Source of the DNA: Octopus sinensis | Lineage: Eukaryota | Reading direction: 5' to 3' | Length of the DNA: 64,000 bases | Assembly (NCBI RefSeq): GCF_006345805.1 | Contig: NC_043013.1 | Coordinates: 59,272,001 to 59,336,000 of the forward strand | Part shown: one piece after another, positions 1-13,500 of the stretch | Numbering within the stretch: position 1 is the first letter of the stretch | How the letters are laid out: the number at the start of each line of letters is the position of its first letter | Notes under the pieces: model-generated | Told to the model about the DNA's origin: nothing | What the model saw: the letters and a program-made list of their open reading frames with translations, nothing else | The model's database searches: none | Program-made: the position numbers and the translations under genes

Positions 1-1389
1 ATATATATATAACAAAGTGAAGTTGTAAGGTACCGCACAAGTGGAAATATATATGAAAGAAGGTTTGAAAATGCAATTTTAAAGACATTTATTCACCTGA
101 CTGGTTTCACTTTTTTAGAAAATGATTGTCAAATGTAAAATGTAAAGCTTTGTATAAGTTTTGTTGTGTTAAATACTGGTTATCACACAAGTATTAAAAT
201 ACAGTTATACATTCTTTGATATTCTTATTATTATCAAAGAATGTATATATGCAGCAAGCTGGCAGAAACAATAGCACGCCGGGCAAAATGCTTAGCGGTA
301 TTTCATCTGCTGCTATGTTCTGAGTTCAAATTCTGCCGAGGTCAACTTTGCCTTTCATCCTTTCGGGGTTGATTAGATAAGTACTAGTTATCGACTTAAT
401 CTGTTTGTCTGTCCTTGTTTGTCCCCTCTATGTTTAGCTCCTTGTGGGCAATAAAGAAATAAGAATGTATATATGTATTTTAATACTTTCACTATTTTTC
501 CTGTGACATGTTTTTCCATGGCTTTTTCCCTCCGATTTTATTTCCCTCCACTTAATGAGGTAGGTCGTGTGTGGTTACTTAGTCTGCAAGAAATAGCAGG
601 TCAATTTTCTTCAGGTCACACCTTGAAATTGTAGTGATTTTTCGCATCACTGGTCTTCCATTGTTTGTTCTTTTCATTAACAACAGCCATGTGTATGTGT
701 GTGTGTGTGTGGTGTGTGTGTGTGTGGTGTGTGTGTGTGTGTATTTCACACGTGTGCATGCGTGTGTGCATGTGTGCATGCATGCGTGCATATGTGTGTG
801 TGTTTCTGTATGTGTGTGTGTGTGTGTGTGTGTTTATCTACCTAATGCACTGAAAACTGTGTATTCTGTTTCTCTGATCTAATTACCTGTAATCCCTCTC
901 CACTTTTGATTTACTACACACATACAAAGGTATCTAGTAACAATGTCATATATAAGAAAAGTCATAGGAAAACTTCAAAAAATACTCCTTGAAAGAACTA
1001 CAAGTCATATATTAAAAGTTGAAAAAGCTTCTTCAATTGTTTTGCTGTACAAATGTGTAATGCTTCCTCTCTTTAGGTTTCACCATATCAAGTCCATTAT
1101 ATATCATAAATGAGGTTTAAGAATTTCCATCCTAAAACCAGGGTGCCATGTAAAAAGCATTGGTTGGGGTGCTGGTGTCACTTAAAAAAAAAACATTGGT
1201 GATGGTGCTACATGAAAAGCATCCAGTACATAAAAAGTTGGGTTGACATTATGAAGGGCATCCAGTTTTAAAATCCAAGCCAAAACAGGCTACGGAACCT
1301 GGTGCAGCCCTTTGCCTTACCAGTTACTATCAAGCCATCCAACTCATACCAACATGGCAAACAGACAGTTGATGATGATGATGTTGATG

Positions 1390-1460
1390 ATGGTGGTGGT
1401 GGTGGTGGTGGTGGTGGTGGTGGTGGTGGTGGTGGTGGTGGTGGTAGTGGTGGTGGTGAT
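1390..1460. repeat. (GGT)n microsatellite following a (GAT)n LINE tail
   Basis: Direct reading. Confidence 0.95.
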
Positions 1461-3267
1461 GATTGTTTAGACCAACTTTCCCTGCAATTCTCTATTAAGA
1501 GGTTATCCTCCCCCCAACAGGGCCTCCTTACTACATACAGATGAAAGAATTCCTTATTTTAGGGAATGTATCATTTTATATAATAAAATTAAAGATATTT
1601 CATAGAGGTGCAAGCAGAACAGTAAGAATCCAATCAACACATCTTGTCATTCTTAATATATTATCACAGAGGTGTAGGAGTGGCTGTGTGGTAAGTAGCT
1701 TGCTTACCAACCACATGGTTCCGGGTTCAGTCCCACTGCATGGCACCTTGGGCAAATGTCTTCTACTATAGCCTTGGGCCGACCAAAGCCCTGTGAGTGG
1801 ATTTGGTAGACAGAAACTGAAAGAAGCCCATCGTATATATGCGTGTATATATATATATATATATATATGTGTATGTGTATATGTTTGTGTATCTGTGTTC
1901 CCCCACCTAACATCGCTTGACAACTGATGCTGGTGTGTTTATGTCTCCATAACTTAATGGTTGAGCAAAAGAGACCGATAGACTAAGTACTAGGCTTACA
2001 AGGAATAAGTCCTAGCGTTGATTTGCTCAATCGACTAAAGGCAGTGTTCCAGCATGGCCACAGTCAAATAGACGAAACAAGTAAAAGAGTAAAAGAGTAA
2101 AAGAGATTCAAAACTTGAATATCTGTTTGCGGTTGTTATTTGCTACTGAAGAACATCATCTCCCTCAAAGCAATATATGTTCCTAACACATGTCATTCAT
2201 CAATATAAGGGAGCTTTGAGACACTGCTGTGTTTCAATCTCATTGCGTGTTTCTTCTGTAGAAGTTACTCCAGACTGGTGACTCTCAGAAGAGCATGATC
2301 TCTTGTTTATAGGAATCAGCAAACAAATTGGCAGATGCATGCAGATGTATGCCAAGCAGATAAGAATTCACAGAGTATACACCTTACAGTGAGAATCCAA
2401 GCAATAACATGCCTATTCATTAGTTCTGCCAAGGAAGGAGGTTATGTTTTCATCGGCGTTGGTTTGTCTGTCTGTGTGCAAAATAACTCAAAAAGTCTCT
2501 CTTTCTCTCCCTCTCTTTTTCTTTCTCTCTCTCTCTCTCTCTGTCTTTGCCACCACCCTCACTGTCTCTATGTGTACTATTACTCTCACCCCACCATGAG
2601 GAATAGTAAGAGTGTCCTTGAATAATGAGGGAGGCGGTCTAACCTATCAACCCCAACACTAACTCAATCATTACAAAATACACCCCCATCTCTACTAATT
2701 TTACTGCTACCCATTACGCTAGTGCCATCACTAGCGCCACCATTATCATTACTACCACCATTACATTAATCACAAAATACTCACTTCCCTTTTCAACTTT
2801 ACTAATATTACTACCACAGTTTACACTATTACCATCACTACCTTGACCACCACCATTGCATACATCATAGGAATGTCCCCCAGCACTGCTTATATTTCAT
2901 CAGTATCACCTCCACCATGTGGCCCTATTACAATCATCACAGAATATATCCCCCAGCACTGTTAATTACCAGCCTCATGACTCATTAAGAAGTAAACACC
3001 ATCACCATCACCATCACCACCACCCTTATCTACCCCACAACTGCTATAACAAGAGTTCTTATGCCAACTGAAATACACCCATCACACCACACCAGACGAT
3101 ATACACACTCCCCCACCCTTCTCCACACAGAGTCAACTCCTTTAATTACATCTCCGCCTTCTTTCATAATTATATCTTACATCTCTCATCTACCTTCCCT
3201 CTACACACACCTGTAATAGTTATTACATTATTATACAAACTCCCCCTCCGGCCACCATCGCCTATCC

Positions 3268-5095
3268 CACTGGTTTCCAAGCTTTTTCCGACTGCCGCCT
3301 CTTGGCACCCACATCACACTCCTACACCCTCTCCCCCATTACAAAAGTACACCTCTTTCTTCTCCAAATTCAAAACTGTTTTTCACAAATAAAACTTAAC
3401 CTAATTAATCCATTATTTTGTTGTTTTTCCAATATGAAAAGACTGAATTTACATCCCACTTGTAACTACATTATTATCTTATTTTTAATACAATGGATGT
3501 ACATTGTGCAGGGATATCGGCTTATTGACGTCTGGCTGAAAGGCAATGAGAAGTAGTCCCCTCATTCAATCATTTGCAGCCTGTTTCTTTGCTTAGAACA
3601 AATCTGTAAAAGCTGCACTGAGACCTCGGTCTAAAAAAATATAATGTTAGGAAGGCAACAAAGTACATCTTGACTCCGTTCCACAGTGCAGGGTAGCAGT
3701 CAAAAAGGTCCTTTTTCAATCAAATATCCAGATATGATATTTTTTAACATTGGCCTCTGCTCAAAGTCATTTTAAAATGGAACCAGTTCTTCCTCCACCA
3801 TTCTTCTTCCCTCATTACTGGGACCTAGGAATCACCCAGATGGGTATTTCAATCAAAAGTAAATATCCTGAAATCTATGAGACATGTCTCTCTGCAGCTC
3901 ATCCAGCTGTGAACAATACTCTTATATGTCATCTTCTGGTATGTGCTTTTGTTTGTTTAAATCAGAGAGGCTTGGAAACTGGAAAAACTAGTGACAGCCT
4001 ACGTTAAATTTGAACAACTGTAATTTGGACAGAAACATGGAGAGGGCTGGTTTCACTTTCATATGGTTTAACCTCATTTCCTTGCAGTTGCAAATTAACT
4101 TCATTGAACTTTGTAAAAATATTGGGTTGTCCGGAAAGTTCATGCCGATTTATAGTAGCTTACCTTTCGACTTATTTTAGAACATGGTTGAGTCCATAAA
4201 ATAGGATTTGACTACACCTCAATTTAGGGCACAGTTTAAGCTATCTTTTCGTGGAAGAAGGTTTATGTTCCTATAACCTGTGTTAATTCTATAACCCTTT
4301 AAAATGGAAGATAAGAAAGTTCATTTTCAGCAATTGATGCTTTGGAGACCAGACAAAAATTGCTGCAGCTCGGCTGGGATGTGTTACCCCACCCTCCATA
4401 TTCACCAGATATTGCTCCTTCAGATTTCCACTTATTCAGGTCTCTGCAAAATAGCCTTAATGGTAAAAATTTCAATTCCTTGGATGATGTAAAAAGATAC
4501 TTTGATGAATTCTTTGCTATGAAACCACCTGAATTCTGGGAAGAGGGTATTTTCAAGTTAAAGGAAAGATGGAGACGCATTGTGCAACAAAATGGTTCAT
4601 ATTTGGTTGATTTTAAAATGTAATGGCAAGTATTTATTGACCTTTTTCTTTCCTTTAAAAATCGGCACAAACTTTCCGGACATTCCAATATATCTGCCAT
4701 ATAAGCAATAATTCGGGTAAATCACAAAGAAATGAATAAGAGCCTTACAAGAATTCAAGAACTGTTTTAAAAGGGAGGATAGAAACTTTCAGGCAGTTTC
4801 CCTTCAAACTTCTGTGTGCAACAACAAACGTTCATAATCTTTATCATTCTCAGTACTGAGCTGTAGGACCAGTGAGGAATTGTGAGCATTGGCCTTGATT
4901 TTATTTACTGCTACAATAATAGTGTTCATTGATTTGTTAAGTCTGTCACCTGGTATATTAACAACCAGATGTTGCTTGTGGGTTACAGAGTGCACTGTAA
5001 ACATGCTAGGTATAACATTTTCATTAAACCGATGAGGCTCAATGACAACTTACCACCAATGGTGTCCCATCTATTGCTCAAACGCGAAACACCGA
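3268..5095 (-). mobile_element. Decayed hAT (Buster/Charlie-type, ZBED8/SCAND3-like) transposon, 5'-truncated, split by a mariner
   Basis: Minus-strand fragments: xDGTP, VHSVTHKQHL (CxxH position), LLLHTEV, AYMADIFTKFNEVNLQLQG, CYPALWNGVKMYFVAF. Degenerate TIR cactggtttccaagc at 3268. Confidence 0.8.
4122..4688 (+). mobile_element. Internally deleted mariner element
   Basis: TIRs ttgggttgtccggaaagtt / aactttccggacattccaa, TA on both sides. N-terminal MEDKKVHF fused to the C-terminal [19 protein letters not shown] block. Confidence 0.93.
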
Positions 5096-5828
5096 CTCCT
5101 GTTTTTTTTATCTGTTTCTAGTTGTTTTACAAAGAATGCTCTTGAACCAAGCGTTAATTTTTGACAAAGCAAACATAAGCAAGAAACATACTTTTATTGC
5201 TTGGCACGGGGGACTAATCTGTCTGTGAGCTGAGTTCGGTTGTTCTAAGTATGTTGCATGATGAATCTTCAATGTTACAGTATTACACATTTTGAAACAT
5301 TTGTAATACGCAATTTTAGAGAAAGAATTTGGTACTTCTTATTTCTTTACTACCCACAAGGGGCTAAACATAGAGGGGAGGGACAAACAAGGACAGACAA
5401 AAGGATTAAGTCGATTACATCGCCCCTAGTGCGTAACTGGCACTTATCTAATAGACCCCAAAAGGATAAAAGGCTAAGCCGACCTCGGCGGAATTTAAAC
5501 TCAGAACGTAAAGACAGATGAAATACTGCTAAGCATTTCACCTGGTGTGCTAACGTTTCTGCCAGTTCACCACCTTTTGGTACTTCTACTCCCTTATTTT
5601 AATTTTCATGATTAAAATCCCCACCAAAATGAAACTTAGAAATTCTGATTTCAAAATGTGAAATACTACATGATGCAATGTAATTTTTAAAAATGGTGGG
5701 AGCTTGGCGTTCTCACGGTGTGATGAGAGGATGGGTAGACATTTTAAAAGGTATGGATTAAAATACCTTAAAGAATGTCCGCCTGGAAGTGTTTTGAAAT
5801 GTAGGATACTATAAAATGTTAAAATCAA

Positions 5829-5917
5829 CCCTGAAGACAGATGCTGTGTTATCCAACAATGGGTCCAAGTAACTAACTTTATTCCAGACCACCAATCCCC
5901 CCAGAAACAGCTGTCGG
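5829..5917 (+). ncRNA. Degenerate hammerhead motif (GAAACAGCTGT family)
   Basis: CC-CTGAAGA..GAA-ACAGCTGT-C^GG; stems I and II eroded. Confidence 0.35.
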
Positions 5918-6039
5918 ACTCATAAAACTCTACTCATTTAACTCCTGATATCATTTATTTTCTGTAAGTTGGACTATTTGATATCCATACACATGTACAT
6001 TTTTTTCTATTAAATGTATTTAATATTCCGAGCGTGATC

Positions 6040-6390
6040 ATTGCCAGAGCAGCCAACTGGCTTCCATACCCGTGGCACATAAAAGGGCACCGTTCAAGCA
6101 TGATCGTTACCAACGTCGCTTCACTGGCACCTGTGCCAGTGGCACATGTAAAAAGATTCGAGCGAGGTCGTTGCCAGTACCGCCTGACTGGCGCCCATGC
6201 TGGTGGCACATAAAAAGCACCCACTACACTCTCAGAGTGGTTGGCGTTAGGAAGGGCATCCAGCTGTAGAAACTCTGCCAGATCAAGATTGGAGCCTGGT
6301 GCAGCCATCTGGTTCGCCAGTCCTCAGTCAAAATCGTCCAACCCATGCTAGCATGGAAAGCAGACGTTAAACGATGATGATGATGATGAT
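6040..6390 (+). repeat. Dispersed copy of the RTE-X 3' UTR (representative)
   Basis: Matches 13180-13500. Others near 1140-1385, 9785-10052, 15340-15550(-), 22915-23145, 29940-30330(-), 44800-45010, 59490-59730(-). Confidence 0.85.
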
Positions 6391-6585
6391 TCTGTGTAAA
6401 TCAACTTGCCTAACTTGCTTCTCATTACATTTACCCATCTACCCACTCAAGTTGAAATCTCTTGAGCACTTCGAAGTGTATTTCTATAGAGAACACCTGT
6501 CTCTAACCTATAAACTATACATAAGTGTGTGTGTTTGTGTGTGTGCATGTATGTGTGTGTGCATGGGTGTACACAGACACATGCG

Positions 6586-7690
6586 TGAGGGGTGTTCATT
6601 AAAGATTTCCCCTGACTCACTTTCAGCTATTGCAGGAAACGGAACTTGTACAGGTATAATCATACATGTCCCTACATGTCACATTGCAAATTGCAGCTTT
6701 GCACTAGTATTTGTTTGTCTTTTACGGCTGCTGAAGTGGACTAAGGTCTTATAATGGAGACAGTTGAATGCACATCAGTGATCAGGTTCTTATACTTGAA
6801 AGGTTACACATCAAAAGAGACTTTTGATGAGATGAAAGAAGTTTATGGAGACAATGCACCATCATACAACACAATCAAGCACTGGCATTGTCAATTCAAA
6901 TGTTGTCAGGCATTGGTGGAGACTGCTTCTATTCCTGAATGACCACATTCCACCTTTGATGATGACACCATTCATAAAGTGGAAGCTGCCATTTTGAAAG
7001 ATCACTACATAACTATTCAACAACTAGCTTAAGAAGTGAAAATAAGTGTTCAGTCCATGGAAAAAAAACATTTACAACCACTTGCACATGCAGAACTTGT
7101 CTGCACGAAGGACTCCCCAGATGCTCACATATTTTCAGAAGCGGGAATGAATCAATTTCTCCCAGGCTCTTTTGGTGATGTGCAAAGAAAATGAGGACTT
7201 TTTGCAGACTTACCACACAGGATGAAACATGGAGCCATCACAATGATCTCGAGACTAAAGTCCAGTCGAAGCAATGGAAACGTAATAATGCACCACCTCC
7301 AAAGAATGCTTTTGTCCAGCCCCCAACAGACAAGGCGATATTCACAGTCTTTTGGGACCAGCACAGAGTAATGATGATGGATTTTCTGGCAAAGGGCACC
7401 ACAATTAATGGGGCATATTATGCTTCACTGCTGTAGAAATTGCAGGACACCATCAAAGCAGAGGAGCATGGCATGTTGACCGAAGGAGTCCACCTCCTCC
7501 AAGCTAACACCTCAGTTCACAATGCGCATGTTGCCCAGATGAAAGCACATCCTATAGCTATGAAATCCTTCTTCATCTCCTTTACTCTCCCAACTTTTTT
7601 GAAGGGGAAGCACTTTTCAAATGATGATGAACTTATTTCCTATGTAAAGTCTTGACTCCAAACGCAGCCTACCGACTTCTACATATGACA
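6586..7690 (+). mobile_element. Decayed mariner transposase of a different subfamily
   Basis: METVECTSVIRFLYLKG..., TQDETW, FWDQ, KGTTINGAYYASLL; several stops and frameshifts; TIR-like gaggggtgttca at the start. Confidence 0.85.
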
Positions 7691-7832
7691 ATGATTAAGT
7701 AACGTGCAAAATAGTAAATAAAACGCGTTATATATTTTATCTTATATTTAATCTGTCTATAATATGTAATTTTTCCAAATGGTATAATTTAATTTTTCAT
7801 TATTGAATTGATAAAAGATGGTTTTTTTCCTA

Positions 7833-7903
<71 letters not shown>

Positions 7904-7988
7904 TTTATGAAATTTGATTTAGTATTTCTAAATTGAATTTTTCCCCGTAAGTTTGGAATAATATTCCCTCATATTATTATATATATAT

Positions 7989-8075
<87 letters not shown>

Positions 8076-8492
8076 TAATATATATATACACACACATCAT
8101 CATCCTCATCATCATCATTTAATGTCTGTTTTCCATGCTGGCATGGCATAGTTTTGATGGTTTGACAGGAGCTGGTAAAGTCAGGCCAGCACCAGTCTGT
8201 AGTGCTTGCATTTACATATGAATATTTAGCAGTTAAATACAGTTATTTATGAACTCTGTGTGGATTTTCTGATTGTAAAGTAGAAGTCATGGTCTGTTTC
8301 CTTTATAATGCTCAAAAGGAATGTTGTCAAATTTAGCAGTAGTGGTTGTGGTGGTGGTGGTGGTGGTGGTGGTGGTATGAATACTGTATACAGGTGTGAA
8401 GAGAACATGTATGCATTAGTGTTTAACTTGCTCAGCCTTTTTGTTTGGTGGTGTTTGCATGTTTATGGATGATATTTAAATTGCTGTATTAA

Positions 8493-8989
8493 TCTATATA
8501 TATAAAACTGTAGTTGTGTGAGTGTCTGTCTCCTACGATTTAGATTCCTAACTACTCCCACATTTTGCGGTGCAGTTTAACCAAATTCGGGTATCTTATA
8601 GTCGTGATTCATATCGAACCCGTCTGGCTATTAGCGCACGTCTACGATTATTTAACATAATTTTTTATTCCATTTTAATGCATAATCTTTCGTGTGTCGA
8701 TGGCGGCGGAGTTGGCGTCCACGTTCAAACACCTGCACCTGTGTTTGCTTCTCCCCCTTCTTCCCTCCCTCGTGAAGCTGTGGGGAAGGGAGTGTAAGGA
8801 AATCAACGTCATAATGCGTTGTCAAGGAGACCAGCGTTCTTTTAGAACAACGACTTCATGGCTTGAAGACACCAAAACAGAAATGGCTAAGAAAGCCCGA
8901 ATTGGCATCTATAAAGGAAGTAACTCTCTAAAAATGCTTATATAGTTATTTCCCTTACAAACCCGAGCATCGCCGGGCGATACTGCTAG
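8493..8989 (+). mobile_element. Non-autonomous Helitron
   Basis: 5' TC(tatatatataaaa), subterminal GC hairpin cccgagcatcgccggg (8962-8977), 3' CTAG, inserted between A and T with no TSD. Confidence 0.85.
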
Positions 8990-10020
8990 TTTTGTATAAA
9001 GACATTTTTTGCAAAAATCAACAAGCTTTTTTACTATTATCCCTCATCTTTCGTCCTGGTGGCAAATAAAAGAAATCCCTATTTATTATTCTGTTGTGTC
9101 TGGGGAGAGTCATTTTCTTTTTGTGCCTTATAATGTAACACTCTCACCGGTAAAATTTCCATTTATTTCTTATTTTTATTTTCCTAAAATTTTCATTGTG
9201 TCTTGTAACCTTTTCAATAGTCTTGACTCTGTCTGTTATTTACACTGCGTTCCCTTTTGTTTGCTTGTGCGCATGTTTGTGGGTCAGTGTGTGTGTGTGT
9301 GTGTGTGCCTATGCATGCATGCATGTACGTATGTATGTGTGTATGTTTGCATGTGTATGTATGTATATATGTGTGTGTATGCATATGTATATATATATAT
9401 ATATATGTATGTGTGTGCATCTGTATGTATGTATCTTGCATATTTATGTGCTTGCATGTCCGTGTTTGTGTATTTTCTACCGGTGAGTGTGTTACATTAT
9501 AAGGCACAAAAAAGTGACTCTCCCCAGACACAACAGAATATGCTTCAACACACGAACTCACATAAAGAATCTTGCAAACCAAAAACACAACTGGAAGCTG
9601 TTAGTAAAGGATTGCTCAGAGACAGATGAACTTAGAAAAGTCAGATATTGTTGATTGTGGCCTATATTCCAAAGAGTGGTGAAAGGAGTGGGGGCAAAAG
9701 GCGGAGGATAGATTTGTTGATCGAACAACTGTAAAATTAATCTTCATAAGCCTCTGTGTATGAGCTGTTATTTATTGTGTGTATGTGCCGGTGGCACATA
9801 AAAAGCACCAACCGTTCGTGGCCGTTGCCAGCCTACCCTGGCCTCTGTGCCGGTGACATGTAAAAAGCACCCACTACACTCACGGAGTGGTTGGCGTTAG
9901 GAAGGTCATCCAGCTGTAGAAACACTGCCCAGATCAGACTGGAGCCTGGTGCAGCCTCCTGGCTTCCCAGACAAGGTCGAACCGTCCAACCCATGCCAGC
10001 ATGGAAAACAGACGTTAAAC

Positions 10021-10053
<33 letters not shown>

Positions 10054-10296
10054 ATTTATCTCGGTATCTTTGTTCATTCGTTCACATGTTCGTACACCTG
10101 TTTTCCACGCTAGTAAATACATATCTGAGGTATTGTTTTACAGGCTAGATGCCTCTCTTGTCACTTAGCCTTTACAGTAAAAACACAGTATTGACTTACA
10201 ACAAAACGTTTAATATACTTTGAATAATGAAATGAAGTGTTCCTACAGGTCATTAATAACCCTTACCTGTTTTAGAAGTGAGGGATATCTTGTGTG

Positions 10297-10607
10297 GGTA
10301 CTATTTAAGAAGAGTGGTCCCGGTGCGCGCACTCGCGTATCCATGCTAGCTAGTCGTGACTAGTCGATCCTACAACGACTACCTATCCTATAATAAATGT
10401 TCATACAAATTCGGTTGAAAGTTATTAGAAGTTATTAGATAAATGTTTGGTACCCCCATCATAACTAAGATGGGGTTTGTTTTTAAACAAATAGGTTTTT
10501 TTTTATAGGATAGGTAGTCATTGTAGGATCGACTAGTCACGACTAGCTAGCGCAGATGTGCGAGTATGCGAGTGCGCGCACAAGGACCACTCTTCTTAAA
10601 CAGTACC
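10297..10607. mobile_element. Mutator-like MITE
   Basis: About 100-bp TIRs starting GGTACT; 9-bp flanks tcttgtgtg / tattgtgtg (8/9 match); internal ccccatc/gatgggg hairpin. Confidence 0.75.
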
Positions 10608-10647
10608 TATTGTGTGTGTGTGTGTGTGTGTATGTGTGTGTGTGTGT

Positions 10648-10685
<38 letters not shown>

Positions 10686-10807
10686 GTGTGTCCTACAGAG
10701 CATCCAACAATAACCACTCTCCTTTCCTTCCAAGCAGGTTTGGCAGTGGTTGCTGGTTTAGTCACTGATGGCTTCATCATGTGACAGATTGTAGTGGATG
10801 CAATAAA

Positions 10808-11399
10808 GGCGGTGAGCTGGCAGAAACATTAGCACACTGGGCGAAATGCTTAGTGGTATTTCGTCTGCCGCTGTGTTCTGAGTTCAAATTCTGCCACGGT
10901 CGACTTTGCCTTTCATCCTTTCGGGGTCGATAAATTAAGTACCAGTTACGCACTGGGGTCGATATAATCGACTTAATCCATTTGTCTGTCCTTGTTTGTC
11001 CTCTCTGTGCATAGTAAAGAAATTGGCATTTCTTCTGCTGCTACTTTCTGAGTTCAAATTCTGCCAAGGTCAACTTTGCCTTTCATCCTTTCGGGGTTGA
11101 TAAATTAAGTACCAGTTACGCACTGGGGTCGATATAATCGACTCAATCCGTTTGTCTGTCCTTGTTTATCCTCTCTGTGTTTAGCCCCTTGTGGGTAGTA
11201 AAGAAATAGGTATTTCGTCTGCCGCTATGTTCTGAGTTTAAATTCCGCCGAGGTCGACTTTGCCTTTCATCCTTTTGGGATCGATAAATTAAGTACCAGT
11301 TACGCACTGGGGTCGATATAATTGACTCAATCGTTTGTCTGTCCTTGTTTGTCCTCTCTGAATTTAGCCCCTTGTGGGTAGTAAAGAAATAGGTATTTC
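10808..11399 (+). mobile_element. tRNA-derived SINE family A as a tandem array (3 units and the start of a 4th)
   Basis: B-box gagttcaaattc, core gcctttcatcctttcggggtcgataaattaagtaccag. Dispersed copies near 251-465(+), 5337-5575(-), 19475-19690(-), 33803-34017(-), 46697-46880(-), 46916-47120(-), 47265-47492(+). Confidence 0.85.
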
Positions 11400-11499
11400 N
11401 NNNNNNNNNNNNNNNNNNNNNNNNNNNNNNNNNNNNNNNNNNNNNNNNNNNNNNNNNNNNNNNNNNNNNNNNNNNNNNNNNNNNNNNNNNNNNNNNNNN
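11400..11499. other. Assembly gap of 100 N
   Basis: Direct reading; it abuts the tandem SINE array. Confidence 0.99.
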
Positions 11500-11814
11500 A
11501 TGTACCTGATGTGACACAAACTGTGCAGATTGATGCAGCACAGCTACATGCACAAAATCCTACCTATAATAGACAGTTGCAGGATGCGTTGAAATGATTG
11601 TTGTACTGAATAAAGACTAGTGCTAAGTCTATCTTCTCTTTCCTTCATTAATTATTATTATCTCAACTAACACTGCGGAATTCCAGTGGAAACATACTCC
11701 AACCATGGATGACACTAAACTATGAATGTGTTTTACTTAACACACTAATTGACCCATTAGTCTCCAAAATTTACATATTTTGAAGATAGATGCTAAGCAA
11801 TGATGATGATGATG

Positions 11815-13500
11815 GAAAGCCTTTGACAGGGTCCCCCGATCCCTTATCTGGTGATCAATGAGGAAACTAGGGATAGATGAATGGTTAATGAGAGCTGTGC
11901 AAGCCATGTACAGGGACGCTGTTAGTAAGGTGAGGGTTGGCAACGAGTACAGTGAAGAATTCTAGGTAGAGGTAGGGGTCCACCAAGGTTCAGTCCTCAG
12001 TCCCCTCCTATTTATCATAGTCCTCCAGGCAATAACGGAGGAATTCAAGACAGGATGCCCCTGGGAGCTCCTCTATGCTGATGACCTTGCTCTACTTGCT
12101 GAATCACTATCAGAACTGGAGGAGAAGTTTCAGGTGTAGAAGCAAGTATTAGAATCGAAGGGCCTTAGAGTCAACCTAACTAAAACCAAAGTCCTAATAA
12201 GTAGGAAGGTAGACAAATCACAAACACCTTCAGGTTGATGCCCTGCTCAATCTGTAGAAAAGGCGTAGGTAGAAACTCTATAAGATACACAAAGTGTAAG
12301 CTATGGACACATAAGAGGTACAGCAATGTCAAAGGAAGGCTAACTGGGAAGATAGTTTTTGTATGTGGCAGATGCTCAGGAGCAATAAACACTGAAAATG
12401 CACAGAGACCAACTTCCACCACATTCCAGGGAGAAAAACTAGAAATACTTGATAGCTTCCGTTACCTAGGTGACCAAGTCAGTAGCGGGGGCAGGTTTGC
12501 TGAAAGTGTAACTGCTAGAGTAAGAATAGCCTGGGCAAAGTTCAGAAAGCTCTTACCTCTGCTGGTGACAAAAGGCCTCTCGCTCAGAGTAAAAGGCAGA
12601 CTGTATGATGCATGTGTACGAACAGCCATGCTACATGGCAGTGAAACATGAGCCGTGACTGCTGAGGATATGCGTAAGCTCACAAGAAATGAAGCCAGTA
12701 TGCTCCGATGGATGTGTAATGTCAGTGTTCATACTCGACAGAGTGTAAGTACCTTGAGAGAAAAGTTGAACCTAAGAAGCCTCAGTTGTGGTGTGCAAAA
12801 GAGACGTTTGCGCTGGTATGGTCATGTGACGAGAATGGCTGAAGATAGTTGTGGGAAAAAGTGCCACATCCTAGAGGTTGAGGGAACCTGTGGAAAGGTA
12901 GACCCAGGAAAACCTGGGATGAGGTGGTGAAGCACGACCTTCGAACATTGGGTCTCACCAAGGAAATGACTAGTAACCGAGAACTTTGGAAGTATGCTGT
13001 GCATGAGAAGACCCGGCAGGACAAGTGAGACCATAACCCGTGGCCTCTACCTGGGATGTAGCCAGTCCACTTATGCATACCTTTCCTTCTTGGGACACAA
13101 AACTCTACTTGTGAAGACCTGTTGAGGCAAGTGAAAATCGAAATCGATCAACATCAATGGAAACTGTAGTTGTGATACCAGTGCCGGTGGCACGTAAGAG
13201 AACCATCTGAACGTGACCGTTGCCAGCGCCACCTAATCTGGCCGCCATGCCGGTGGCACGTAAAAAGCACCATCCGATTATGGCCGTTGCCAGCCTTGTC
13301 TGGCACCTGTGTCAGTGGCACATAAAAAGCACCAACTACACTCATGGAGTGGTTGGCGTTAGGAAGGGCATCCAGCCGTAGAAACACTGCCAGATCAGAC
13401 TGGCCCTGGTGCAGCCTTCTGGCTTCCCAGACCCCAGTTGAACCGTCCAATCCATGCTAGCATGGAAAGCGGACGTTAAATGATGATGATGATGATGATG
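11815..13500 (+). mobile_element. 5'-truncated RTE-X-like LINE with 3' UTR and (GAT)n tail
   Basis: KAFDRVPR, GVHQGSVLSPLLF, YADD (12074-12085), Cys-rich insert CSIC..CGRC, LRWYGHV; stops present; continuous into the 3' UTR. Confidence 0.9.

Noticed and set aside
2640-3240. C/A-rich tract that might encode a Thr-rich mucin-like exon
   Set aside because: No sustained ORF or splice context; low-complexity degenerate (ACC/ACT)n.
10856-11399. CRISPR-like or tRNA-gene reading of tandem units and B-box motifs
   Set aside because: Eukaryotic SINE units with no unique spacers and no complete cloverleaf.
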